Shown here: one piece after another, positions 1 to 10,000 of the stretch
Layout of the letters: every line of letters begins with the position of its first letter
Position numbering within the stretch: the stretch's first letter is position 1
DNA from: an uncultured Acidimicrobiaceae bacterium
GTDB taxonomy: Bacteria; Actinomycetota; Acidimicrobiia; Acidimicrobiales; Palsa-688
NCBI GenBank assembly: GCA_963725935.1
Contig: CAVSAM010000009.1
Coordinates: forward strand, 55,321-119,320
Reading direction: 5' to 3'
Length of the DNA: 64,000 nucleotides
Translations under genes and position numbers: made by a program
Notes under the pieces: generated by a model
Databases searched by the model: none
Told to the model about the DNA's origin: nothing
Seen by the model: only the letters and a program-made list of their open reading frames with translations

Positions 1-120
1 ACCGGCTGCTGCCCGCAGCTAGCCGTCAGCCCCAGCCTGCCGACTCCCAACCACGGCCTTATAAAGCCCTTCAGCCGGCTGCTTGAGAAGCACGTCCCGA
101 CCTTCGTACGCTGCTTGCCC

Positions 121-174
121 AAGCTCTGACCAGCCACTATCCAGAATGACAGGGCGTGGACCTAAGGTTCGAGG
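121..174. repeat. Interspersed repeat family R1, copy 1
   Basis: The element is AAGCTCTGACCAGCCACTATCCAGAATGACAGGGCGTGGACCTAAGGTTCGAGG. The blocks AGCTCTGACC, ATCCAGAA(T/C)GAC and GGCG(T/C)GG recur in the same order at 3293-3346 and 12549-12600. Confidence 0.8.
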
Positions 175-425
175 CCCCCCGGCACGCTCTCAGTAAACGG
201 ACCGGCGGAGACCCAGCTGGGGCGGCCAGCGCCGCCGCTGGTGCGAGCAGCGCAGCCCACCGGGATGATTGTGTTCTGCGCCCGGGGGCGGGGCAGTTGT
301 CCTGCAAGTGCACGGGTGGTTGCCGGGCCAAGAGGGTGGAGCCCTCGGAGGCTCGCGGCGTGATCGGCTAGCGTAGGACATGACCTACGTGCCTTCCCGG
401 CGCTTAGGCCGCAGGAGGAATTCCC

Positions 426-1733
426 GTGAACACGGCTGACCTTTCTCACCATTGGCTCCCATTTACTGCTAACCGTGCCTTCGCCGCCGACCCCCGAGTG
501 GTGGTGAGCGCCGAGGGTGTCCACTACTTGGACACGAAGGGACGACGGCTTCTGGACGGCATCTCCGGTTTGTTCTGCGTTCCGGCCGGCCACGGGCGCC
601 CTGAGATCGCAGCGGCCGTGTCCGAGCAGCTTCGGCACCTCGACTTTGCCCCAACCTTCCAATTCGCCCACCCTGCGGGCTTCACGCTCGCGGAGAAACT
701 TAGTGGCATCCTGCCTTCGGGTCTGGACCGGGTGTTCTTTGTCAATTCCGGTTCAGAGGCAGTTGAAACCGCCTTGAAGGGGGCGCTTGCCTACCACAGG
801 GCTCGAGGAGATGCCGGCCGGACGCGCTTTGTCGGTCGCGAACGCGCCTATCACGGGGTCAATTTCGGCGGGTTGTCCGTTGGTGGGCTGGTCAAAAACC
901 GCGAGATGTTCGGTCCGGGCCTGCCGGGAGTGAGCCACATGCGAGCGACTTGGTCTTCGGAGCAGGCTTTTGGCTGGGGCCAACCAAGCACCGGCGCTGA
1001 GCGTGCGGAAGACCTGCAGCGGGCGATCGACCTCTACGGCGGGACGAGTATCGCCGCTGTCATCGTCGAGCCCATAGCCGGGTCGTCCGGCGGCGTGATC
1101 GTGCCGCCCGAGGGCTACCTGGAAAGGCTCGCCGAAATCGCCGCGGCCAACGGCATCCTCTTGATCTTCGACGAGGTAATCACTGGCTTTGGGCGCACGG
1201 GCCACGCCTTTGCCTCTCAGGCGTTCGGTATCACCCCGGACATCATGACGATGGCCAAGGCGCTTACCAACGGGGCCGTCCCCATGGGTGCGGTTGCCTT
1301 TCGACGGGCCGTCTACGACACCGTGATAGAGGCGGGGTCACCCGAAGGGGTCGAGTTCCCCCACGGCTACACATGGTCTGCCCACCCCTTGGCCTGCGCC
1401 GCAGCCTTGACCACTTTGAAGATATACCAAGACGAAAACCTCTTCGACCGTGCCGCACGGCTGTCGGTAACACTCCAGGAGGCCGTATCGGGTTTGAAAG
1501 GTTCCGGGCCTATATCCGACATCCGAGGCTATGGGCTCCTCGCTGGGGTCGAACTGGAGCCCGACGGCCCTGTCGGCCACCGTGGGTTCCAAGCCCTCAA
1601 AGCCATGTTCGCAGGGGGCTTGATCGCTCGCCTGAGCGGCGACACCATCATCCTGGCCCCACCCTTCGTCGCCACGGAAGGCGAGATCGGGGAGATGGTC
1701 GAGATCGTGCGCACGGTCGTGGGCGCCCTCTGA
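426..1733 (+). CDS. Class-III (omega) aminotransferase, beta-alanine/omega-amino acid--pyruvate type
   Basis: 435-aa ORF with a GTG start preceded by AGGAGG. Family motifs are SGSEAVE, LIFDEVITGFGRTG and the PLP-lysine context TMAKALTNG. Confidence 0.9.
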   Translation: MNTADLSHHWLPFTANRAFAADPRVVVSAEGVHYLDTKGRRLLDGISGLFCVPAGHGRPEIAAAVSEQLRHLDFAPTFQFAHPAGFTLAEKLSGILPSGLDRVFFVNSGSEAVETALKGALAYHRARGDAGRTRFVGRERAYHGVNFGGLSVGGLVKNREMFGPGLPGVSHMRATWSSEQAFGWGQPSTGAERAEDLQRAIDLYGGTSIAAVIVEPIAGSSGGVIVPPEGYLERLAEIAAANGILLIFDEVITGFGRTGHAFASQAFGITPDIMTMAKALTNGAVPMGAVAFRRAVYDTVIEAGSPEGVEFPHGYTWSAHPLACAAALTTLKIYQDENLFDRAARLSVTLQEAVSGLKGSGPISDIRGYGLLAGVELEPDGPVGHRGFQALKAMFAGGLIARLSGDTIILAPPFVATEGEIGEMVEIVRTVVGAL

Positions 1734-1777
1734 GCCAAATACGCAGGACCCAAGCCGGCCCGGCGCATTAGGCAACT

Positions 1778-3136
1778 ATGCCTTATGGCGGTTCCAGCGA
1801 AGGCGATACCAATTCCTCACCAGCGCGCAGGGAGTGGTTAGGCAAACTCGGTCCCGAGACGAGTTCTCTGCTCGACGAGGATGAGCGTTACTTTTTGCGC
1901 CAGTCCCTGTCCACGCCATGCCTGGACGTAGTGGAGCGGGCGGCCGGCTCGGTTCTTTTCGACGTTGATGGCCGCCAGATCCTCGACTTTCACGGCAACA
2001 GTGCGCACCAGGTCGGTTATGGCCACCCCAAGGTAGTCGAGGCGGTCAAGGCCGAGCTTGACCGGCTGCCATTTTCGCCGCGACGCTACACCAATACGAC
2101 GGCAGTGGCCCTGGCCCGAAAGTTAGCGCAGCTGGCACCCGGGGACTTAGGCAAAGTGCTCCTGGCGCCGAGCGGGGCGGCGGCGGTGGGCATGTCCCTC
2201 AAATTGGCCCGGGTTGCCACCAAGCGCTACAAAACCGTTTCTATGTGGGGCTCTTTTCATGGCGCCAATCTGGACACGATCTCCTTGGGCGGTGAGGCCT
2301 TGTTCCGCCGTGACGCCGGGCCCCTTCTCGCTGGCAGCGAGCACGTTCCGCCCGTGGGCCTGGCCGAGCGCTTTTTCGGGACGGACGGGCTCGCTTATAA
2401 ACGCCTGGCCGACTACATCGATTACGTCCTTGAGGTGCAAGGCGATGTGGCTGCGGTGGTCGCCGAGCCCGTGCGCTGGACAACCGTCGACGTGCCCCCG
2501 GTCGATTTTTGGGCCGCAGTGCGGAGCAGCTGCGACCGCCATGGGGTGTTGTTGGTCTTCGACGAGATCCCGAGCTGTCTAGGTCGCACCGGCTCTATGT
2601 TCGTGTGCGAGCAATTCGGGGTTACCCCCGACATCCTTGTGATCGGGAAGGGCCTGGGAGGCGGCGTCATGCCGCTGGCGGCCATCGTGGCCCGCTCTGA
2701 CCTTGACCTGGCGCCGGAAGGTGCGCTCGGGCACTACACGCACGAAAAGAGCCCCCTGGGTGCTGCCGCGGCGTTAGCCACCCTGGACGTTATAGAGGAA
2801 GAGAACCTCGTGGCCAGGGCACGCCAACTTGGCAATGCGACCCTGGAGCGTCTTAGGGCGATTTCGGCCACCAGCCCCCTCCTGGGGGCAGTCCGCGGCC
2901 TGGGCATGTACTGGGGCGTCGAAGTTGGGCCTTGGGCGGGCCGGAGCTCGGCCGAAGTGGCCGACCACCTCCTTTATGCGTGCCTGGACCGGGGGCTCAG
3001 CTTCAAGGTGGGAGGGGGCAACGTGGTAACTCTCTGCCCACCCCTTACCATCACCGTTGAGGACCTGGACCGTGCGTTGGGGATACTGGGGTCAGCGGTC
3101 ACGAGCACGGCCGAGCGATTGAGCGCCGGCCCGTAG
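1778..3136 (+). CDS. Class-III aminotransferase (second copy, divergent)
   Basis: 452-aa ORF. Motifs are LVFDEIPSCLGRTGSMF and VIGKGLGGG (PLP lysine). It lies 45 nt downstream of the first aminotransferase gene. The exact start is uncertain. Confidence 0.85.
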   Translation: MPYGGSSEGDTNSSPARREWLGKLGPETSSLLDEDERYFLRQSLSTPCLDVVERAAGSVLFDVDGRQILDFHGNSAHQVGYGHPKVVEAVKAELDRLPFSPRRYTNTTAVALARKLAQLAPGDLGKVLLAPSGAAAVGMSLKLARVATKRYKTVSMWGSFHGANLDTISLGGEALFRRDAGPLLAGSEHVPPVGLAERFFGTDGLAYKRLADYIDYVLEVQGDVAAVVAEPVRWTTVDVPPVDFWAAVRSSCDRHGVLLVFDEIPSCLGRTGSMFVCEQFGVTPDILVIGKGLGGGVMPLAAIVARSDLDLAPEGALGHYTHEKSPLGAAAALATLDVIEEENLVARARQLGNATLERLRAISATSPLLGAVRGLGMYWGVEVGPWAGRSSAEVADHLLYACLDRGLSFKVGGGNVVTLCPPLTITVEDLDRALGILGSAVTSTAERLSAGP

Positions 3137-3292
3137 TTGGTGCCGGAGCGGGGGAATATGGTTGGAGTCGTTTGACTCCTTGTCGACCTCATCAGGGAGA
3201 TGCAGCCGTTCATGGCCCGGGCGGAACGAGTAGGGCGGGCTTAAAGATGGCCGACAGCCTGACGGCGAACGTCGTCATCATCGCCTTTGACC

Positions 3293-3346
3293 AAGCTCTG
3301 ACCAGCCACTATCCAGAACGACCAGGCGCGGAGGAAGATCTCGAGC
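3293..3346. repeat. Interspersed repeat family R1, copy 2
   Basis: The element is AAGCTCTGACCAGCCACTATCCAGAACGACCAGGCGCGGAGGAAGATCTCGAGCC. It lies in the convergent gap between the aminotransferase stop (3136) and the corrected lyase stop (3405). Confidence 0.8.
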
Positions 3347-3404
3347 CCACCCTCCGATACCCGTTCTGAACAGCCAAAGCGGCGGGCCACGCGCCCTCGA
3401 ATGT

Positions 3405-4794
3405 CTACTCGAGCGGCTCGAAGCGTGCTGTGAAGTGGCGCAGGCGAGGCGGCTCTTGCCGCGATCCGCATGCCGTGCAAGTTGGCTGCCCGCTCGGCGA
3501 CAGCCTCGCAGACCTCGATTACATAGTCGATATGGCTTTGGGTATAAGTGCGGCGGGGGACCGCAAGGCGGACCAGCTCGAGAGCGGCGGGTCGTTCGCT
3601 CCCGTCCGTCTGTCGGCCAAACATGACCGAACCGATCTCGCAGCTACGGATCCCGCCTGCCTCGTAGAGCGCCACCGCTAGGGCTTGGCCTGGGTACTCC
3701 AACGGTGCGATGTGCGGCATAAGCGCCCCTGCGTCGATGTAGACGGCGTGACCGCCGATAGGGAGGACGACCGGGATGCCGCGGGTGTGCAACGCTTCAC
3801 CGAGGTAAGCGGTCGACCGGGCCCTGTAGCGCAGGTAATCGTGCGAGACGGCTTCGGACAAGCCCTGAGCGATCGCCTCGAGGTCACGGCCTGCGAGCCC
3901 CCCGTATGTCGGGAAACCTTCGGTCAGCACAAGAGCGCTCCGGAACTCTTCGGCCAAGGCGTCGTCGTTGCACGCCAACCAGCCGCCTATGTTGCCAAAG
4001 GGGTCCTTCTTCGCGCTCATGGTCATGCCGTCGGCGAGCGACGCCATCTCTCGGACGATGTCGGCGACATCGCGGTCGCCTTGGCCGGGTTCACGTTCGT
4101 GGATGAACCAGGCGTTCTCCGCGAAACGGCATGCGTCCAGAAAAAGGGGAAGCCCATAGCGCTGGCAAAGTTCCCTTACTTGGCGGAGGTTCTCCAAGCT
4201 CACCGGCTGGCCACCACCCGAATTGTTCGTGACTGTCACCATGACGAGGGGTATATTTCCTACACCGGCACGCTTTATGAGGGACTCGAGAGCGGCGATG
4301 TCCATATTGCCCTTGAAAGGGTGGCGGTTAAGTGGGTCCTTCCCCTCGGCGATGACAAGATCTGTGGCAGTTGCACCGCTTGCTTCCACGTTCGCCCTCG
4401 TCGTGTCGAAGTGGGTGTTGTTCGGGATCACTTTGCCCGGCCCACCGACGACGCTAAAAAGGATGCGTTCGGCGGCCCTGCCTTGATGGGTCGGCACAAC
4501 GTGACGGAACGGGAACAACGCCTTCACAGCTCGTTCGAAGATGTACCAGGAGGGCGAGCCCGCATACGACTCGTCCCCGTGTTGGATTGCGGCCCACTGG
4601 TCCCTGCTCATTGCCCCAGTGCCCGAGTCTGTGAGCAGGTCGATCAGGACATCTTGTGCAGGGAGCGCGAAAAGGTTGTACCCGGCAGCCACTATGGCCG
4701 CCTGGCGCTCCTCGGGCGTTGACATCCGCAGCGGCTCGACGGCATGGATGCGGAACGGCTCGATGATGGCGCGAAATTGGCGAGGCCAGTCCAT
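3405..4794 (-). CDS. Tryptophanase / tyrosine phenol-lyase family (beta-eliminating lyase), one apparent frame change near the 3' end
   Basis: Family similarity runs along the whole length: LLTDSGTGAMS, PLP-lysine SAKKD, RLAVPRRTYTQSHIDYV. The expected family C-terminus RLRHFTARFEPLE-stop is present in another frame that ends at 3405. The track ORF 3241-4794 is therefore artificially extended by a 1-nt frame change near 3455-3465. Confidence 0.85.
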
Positions 4795-4917
4795 GCGATG
4801 ACTGTAGGTTGCGTCGACTGCGAGGCTGTAGCTACGAGGCCATGAATGACGCCTACGACATTCCTTTCTCGGTGGGTTCGGGGCCGGACAGGCGGTTCTT
4901 CACATCGCCCGACGGTG

Positions 4918-5562
4918 TCATCGGGGTGAGCGAGCGCTATCAGTGACTAAGGCCATCGCGGTGTCGACGATCCAATCCTCGACCTCGTCGAAGGCCCAGC
5001 CGTATTCCCCGCTGAGGGTGCGCCAGGTTGCCGGGAGCGACAAGAAGCTCAGGACATCGCCGGCGTGAGTGGGGGACACTGTCGCTTTGACCTGGCCAAG
5101 TGCCTCGATCCGGTCGACGGCCATGCCGCACGCCGCGCGATGGATGACCAATCCCTCCTCCCAGGCCTCGGCGGCGACAGGCTCGAACGGTGCCGCCGAT
5201 TCGATCGCGTACATCAATTCCCCCGAGGTCTCCAGCAGCCGCCTGACCCCTGCAACCAAGCCAGAGATCACTTGACGAGGATCGTGGGCCAGCTCGAAAG
5301 CTGCACGCGTATCGTTTGGCACTCCGGCGACGACGGGGATCATCTTCCGCAACTCGCCGAGGATCGACGGCTTCGTCCCGACGCTCGCATAGACGGTCGG
5401 CACCGCCACGCGTGCCACGGCAGCGATGTCGGCCACGGTGGTCCCCGCATAGCCGCGCTCTATGAAGAGCGCCCGTGCCGCGTCGAGGATGGCCTGGCGA
5501 GTCGCCTCTGCCTGCTCCTGCCTGCGCTGGGAGTGGTACTTGGCCCTTGACACGAGCTCCAC
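4918..5562 (-). CDS. TetR-family transcriptional regulator
   Basis: 214 aa with an N-terminal TetR HTH: TRQAILDAARALFIERGYAGTTVADIAAVARVAVPTVYASV. It is divergent from the GT1 gene. Confidence 0.9.
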   Translation of the reverse strand: MELVSRAKYHSQRRQEQAEATRQAILDAARALFIERGYAGTTVADIAAVARVAVPTVYASVGTKPSILGELRKMIPVVAGVPNDTRAAFELAHDPRQVISGLVAGVRRLLETSGELMYAIESAAPFEPVAAEAWEEGLVIHRAACGMAVDRIEALGQVKATVSPTHAGDVLSFLSLPATWRTLSGEYGWAFDEVEDWIVDTAMALVTDSARSPR

Positions 5563-5614
5563 ACTAGGGCAACAATATTCATTAGATAGTCCTTCTTGCG
5601 AACTGGAGGTGGCG

Positions 5615-6925
5615 ATGGCACGCTTCTTAGTGGCGACCTACCCGAGCCCCGGGCACGTCAACCCGGCAGCCGCAGTCGTGCGGGAGCTCACGGGAGGGGG
5701 CCATGAGGTGCGCTGGTACACGGGATCTCGCTTTGCCGAGCTGGTCGCCGACACGGGTGCGCGCTTCTGCCCGATGGCTGAGAGCCTCGAGTGGGACTAT
5801 AACGACCTCAACAGCTCCTTCCCCGGCCGTGCCGACTTGAAGGGGCTCAAGCAAAACCAGTTCGACCTGGCCGAGATCTTCGTGCGCCCCCTCCGTCACC
5901 ACTTGCCCGCCCTCGCCGCATTGCTAAGAGAAGAACCTGCGGACGTGTTCGTCTCGCACACCATCTTCTTGGGCGGCGGGTGGCTCCACGAGATGGGTGG
6001 GCCGCCGAACGCATCCCTGGGCGACACTTGCCTCACCTACCCGAGCACCGACGTCGCCCCCTACGGGATGGGGCTAGGGCCACGAGGCGGGTGGACCGGC
6101 CACCTCCGCAACAGCGCTCTTCGTGCCGTCAGCCGGGGCACGTTTTTGCCTCCGGTTACAAAGGCCGCTCGAGAGGTCCGAGCCGAGCTGGGCCTTCCTC
6201 CCGCGCCGGTCCGGGACCTTGACTTCGGCCTCTCCACGTACCTGCACATCCAGCTCTGTCCGCGTGGCTTTGAGTACCCGCGTCCGGATCTCCCTCCCCA
6301 GGTCCACTTTGTCGGCGCCCCTTTGCCGGCGGTGCCAGTGGGGTTCGGGGACAACCAACCGAGCTGGTGGCCGAGGCTCTCCGAGGCAAAGCACGTGGTC
6401 CTCGTCACCCAGGGGACGATCGCGACCGACCCGAACGACCTTCTCGTTCCCTGCTTGAAAGGGCTCTCCGGCCGGGACCTCTTTGTGGTGGCGACTACCG
6501 GCGGTCCAGACCCGGCAGTCCTCGGGGACCCGCCCGCCAACGCCGTTATCGAGAAGTACGTGCCCTTCTCCGCTCTCCTGCCGCACGTCGACGTCATCGT
6601 CTCGAATGGCGGCTTCGGGGCGGTGCAATTAGCCATCGCCAACGGGGTCCCCATGGTGGTGGCAGGAACGAGTGAGGACAAGAAAGAGGTGACCGCCCAT
6701 GTAGGCTGGTCGGGTGTCGGGGTCAACCTTCGCACCAGCCGTCCCTCACCTGAGGCCATCGCCGGCGCCGTGGCGCGCGTGTTGAACGAGCCGAGGTTCC
6801 GTGAGCGGGCCCGCGCCCTCCAGGCAGAAACCAGTGGCATGAGCCCGGCCGGAGCGGCAGCCGACCTTCTCGAAGGTCTTGCCGTCAAGGGTAGCGATTC
6901 GGTTCGCAGTCGCGGCGCCCTATGA
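5615..6925 (+). CDS. GT1-family (MGT/UDP-glycosyltransferase-like) glycosyltransferase
   Basis: ATG at 5615 is preceded by GGAGG. The N-terminus MARFLVATYPSPGHVNP and the C-terminal sugar-donor motif SNGGFGAVQLAIANGVPMVVAG..EDKKEV are typical of GT1. The 51 codons of the track ORF upstream of this ATG overlap the tetR gene and were discarded. Confidence 0.85.
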   Translation: MARFLVATYPSPGHVNPAAAVVRELTGGGHEVRWYTGSRFAELVADTGARFCPMAESLEWDYNDLNSSFPGRADLKGLKQNQFDLAEIFVRPLRHHLPALAALLREEPADVFVSHTIFLGGGWLHEMGGPPNASLGDTCLTYPSTDVAPYGMGLGPRGGWTGHLRNSALRAVSRGTFLPPVTKAAREVRAELGLPPAPVRDLDFGLSTYLHIQLCPRGFEYPRPDLPPQVHFVGAPLPAVPVGFGDNQPSWWPRLSEAKHVVLVTQGTIATDPNDLLVPCLKGLSGRDLFVVATTGGPDPAVLGDPPANAVIEKYVPFSALLPHVDVIVSNGGFGAVQLAIANGVPMVVAGTSEDKKEVTAHVGWSGVGVNLRTSRPSPEAIAGAVARVLNEPRFRERARALQAETSGMSPAGAAADLLEGLAVKGSDSVRSRGAL

Positions 6926-7074
6926 GCCGTTAGCCAGTCGGTTGCTTACGCAACCCTGTCAGGAAGGCGCGAACCACAGCGGCTGAACTTTCGCAGAAGT
7001 GCCGTTGGATGGCAGTCGCGAATACACATCACGCGCTCCGAACCTCGAGGCAGCTCAAGGCCGCGGGCATCGTT

Positions 7075-10000
7075 TTACTGGCCGGGGGGGTCGACCAGTT
7101 GAAGATCGCTCCACGGTATGTCGCTCAGCGCCCCCCCCGGTCCAGCGCTCCCCATGGAAGCCGTCAGCGGGTCGGTGCCCGAGTAGCCGTCGGTCGCCCA
7201 GTCGGCCGGGTCTTCGCCTTCGAGGATAACTGTGCCGACATTTTCAGTGTTGCGGTCCATGATAATCATACCATAATTTTGCAAGGCATAGCAGGTCATA
7301 AACGCGAGGGGCGGAGAACCGTTAGTTTTGAGTGCATTGCAATTAGCGGCGCTAGACAGGCGGAAATAGTCACCCTCGGCCAATACGGTCCCGGGCCCGG
7401 TGCAATCAGGATAAGGATTGGTAGCCGGATAGCGGTCGCCAGTGCATAGCTGGTATGGGATTTCGAGGCTCAGGGCGTGGTCGATGCCACCACCGCTTGC
7501 CGAGGGATCGTTTTCAGCGTTGTAAACGTCCTGCTCGGTTATTGTCGTTGCTGCCACAGATAACCCTGATGCTGAGTCACCACACCCATTAGGGAAGTCG
7601 GGCGGGTTGACTGTGGTTGTCAATTGCCCACCATTGCCGATATCCCATACGTTCGCGTCTGGATTGGGCGAACCAGAGCTGTAGAACGGGTCGAGGATTT
7701 TATTAGGGTAAGTCGTGTTCCCGCTCCCACTTGTAGTACCACCCTCACCGAACTCCCAGAAGTCATACTCTTGCGGCGGGCTACTCGTCTGGAGCACGGC
7801 CACTTCATCATCCGTACTAGCCGAACTGTAGTACACGTCCGGCGGGATTGGTGCGTAGAAGAGTGAATTGTAATTACCAGCTGGTGGCGCCGCTGAATTG
7901 GAATCGTTGTCTGAAAAATAACTGCCGCACCAGTTCTGGCCATTGCTCGGTGTCCCTTCGGCCATCTGGACTTCGGGTTGGCTGGACGGCACCATGAAGA
8001 TAGTCCGGTCCTGGTTTACCCAAGTAGAGATGCTCCCACTGCCAAGCAAAGTGCTTACGGCATTGGCTGAATTCGAGTCAATGGCCCACGAAGTTGCTAA
8101 TTGGTTGGTCACATCATTGCCGAAATACGACGCTGGTGTGGTCAGTTCTCCGTTTGGCGTGGTCGAAGTTGTGGCCACCGTGGGGGCCGTGGTGGTCGTC
8201 GGTGCGACCGTGCTGCTGGTCGTGGGCGCAAGTGTGGTCGTCGTCGCACCAACGCCAGCTGCTGCGTCGTCAATGGGAGCAGCGGCAGCAGTAGGTGAGT
8301 TTGCGCTTACCGCACTGTCGTTTAGCGGCGGGGCTGAGGCCGGTTCGAACTCAGCAGCCATGTTTTCCCCCGTAATTTCGTTCGGCAAGAGGGTGCTAAC
8401 GGTAGTAACACCAGCTCCCACGTAGTCAGCTGGTTCGTATTGGACAAGGCTGGCAGTCCCGTTGAAACCAAGGGAGAGGCCGAACGAGAAGGCGGCCGAA
8501 GGTTCAGCGCCAGCAAGGACGCAGGCCGCAACAGGTTCGCATGTTGTGGCGCCAGCAAGCGTCAACTTTGCAGCGAGGTCGTCTTCCGCCGCCGGATCGG
8601 TTTCGTTGAGTGGGTCGTCCTCGGCGTAGATGTATGGTGCACGCGTCAAAAAGGCAAGTGGGTCAACCGAGAGAAACGTTGCCGTGGCAGGGTCATAGTA
8701 GCGGTCCAGAAGATAGATGAGGCCGCTCTCGTCGTCTGTGTACTCACCCGCATACCCAAACGCGGAAATCTGCCCGTTCCACGTCGCCGTGCCAAAACTG
8801 TCGTAGGTCGCAGACCCAACTACTGACCCGGCCTGGTCCGTCAACACGCGGACACTGCCGAACTGGTCGTGAAGGAGCCATGTCGTTGTCGCCCCGGTGA
8901 TCTGCTCGATCGGCGACTCACCTAGCCCGTAGACGTAGGTCGTCGTCCCGTCCTGGCTACTGTCTTCGAGCAGCAATGCGGGGTTAGTGGCCGTGTCCCA
9001 GGCAAAAGTGTGCGTAACCCCATTGACAGTTTTGACCATCCGCAGGCCGTCGCCGTTGTAGGCGTAGCTGGCGGCGCCAGATGGGCTCGCGGAGGCGGTG
9101 CTGGGACGTTGAACCACCACTACGCCGCTCATAACGAGCACAACAACCACTACCGGTGCTATGGCGCCGCGCCACTTCCGGCCGCGCCCCAGCCGGTAGA
9201 GGCCGAAGATCAAGAGGCCGCAGAACGGGAGCAACGGAACGAACGGGACCTCCGGGACAACTGTGGCTGGCGATCCCGGGCTTAGAGCGATCAATCTGTT
9301 GGCGGCGTCGTAGACGAATGTCGCCGGTATGCCGTCGGACGTGAACCCCGTCACCCGGTTGCCTTCTGCGTCGTAGCTGTAACCGGGGGAAGTCAGCTCG
9401 TCGTCGGCGTCGTATGTCTGAGTGGTACCGTCCTCGGTGGTGGTGAGGTTGCCCGCGCCGTCGTAGCTCAGGGTCGCAGCATTCACCTCGGTGAGACGAT
9501 TTAGGGCGTCGTAACTGTAGGTGTCGGTCGCTGCACCGATGCCTGTCGTGTCGGCCTGAGTGATCAAGCCGCTGGCGTTGCGGGCGTAATCGTAGGTGGC
9601 GAAGGGGCCGCTGCTGTTGGTGTCGGTGATGCTCAATAAACGGTCGGCCGCGTCGTATGTGCTGGCCGCGGTGGTGCCATTGGCGTTGGCCTCGTCGAGC
9701 GCGTTGCCGTCGGCGTCGTAGGTGTAGGCCGTGGTATGGCCGAGCCAGTCGGTGACTGACACGAGACGTCCGGCCGCGTCGTAGACGTATGTGGCTTCAT
9801 CCCCGCTCGGGTACCCGAGGGTGGTGAGGTGGCCGTCGAGGTCGTAAGCGTAGGTGATGGTCTGCCCGGCGCCGTCGGTTGACGTCGTGAGGCGATCGAG
9901 GCTGTCGTAGCTGTAGGTCGTCGCGCCGGTCCCGTCGTTCATCTCGGTCCGTTGCCCGAGGTCGTCGTACTGGTAACTGACCGTGGGAGTGGTCCCGTCG

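Noticed and set aside
3685-4722. Long antisense or out-of-frame ORFs overlapping well-supported genes. Examples are 3685-4722(+), 6061-6888(-), 17744-18535(-), 17871-18497(+), 28382-29488(+), 32651-33280(-), 35691-36680(-), 42514-43299(-), 50124-51095(-) and 56962-58197(+).
   Set aside because: Their translations are Arg/Pro/Gly/Ala-rich and low-complexity, with no family resemblance. Each lies opposite to, or out of frame with, a gene that has clear family motifs. Stop-poor shadow frames of this kind are expected in high-GC DNA.
5563-5614. An operator palindrome for the TetR regulator in the tetR/GT1 divergent region.
   Set aside because: Only a 6-nt AATATT palindrome and 4-nt terminal complementarity (ACTA..TAGT) are present. 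That is too weak to call a site.
7009-7449. A plus-strand 146-aa ORF at the 3' end of the RHS gene, considered as a candidate immunity protein.
   Set aside because: It lies almost entirely antisense to the RHS C-terminal coding region, has no SD and has shadow-ORF composition. There is no room for an independent gene before the convergent GT1 stop.
8321-8360. tRNA-like T-arm strings: GGTTCGAACTC here and GGTTCGAGG at ~166.
   Set aside because: Neither has a 7-nt T-loop with a 5-bp stem, an acceptor or anticodon arm, or a D-arm in the surrounding sequence. The first lies inside the RHS coding frame.
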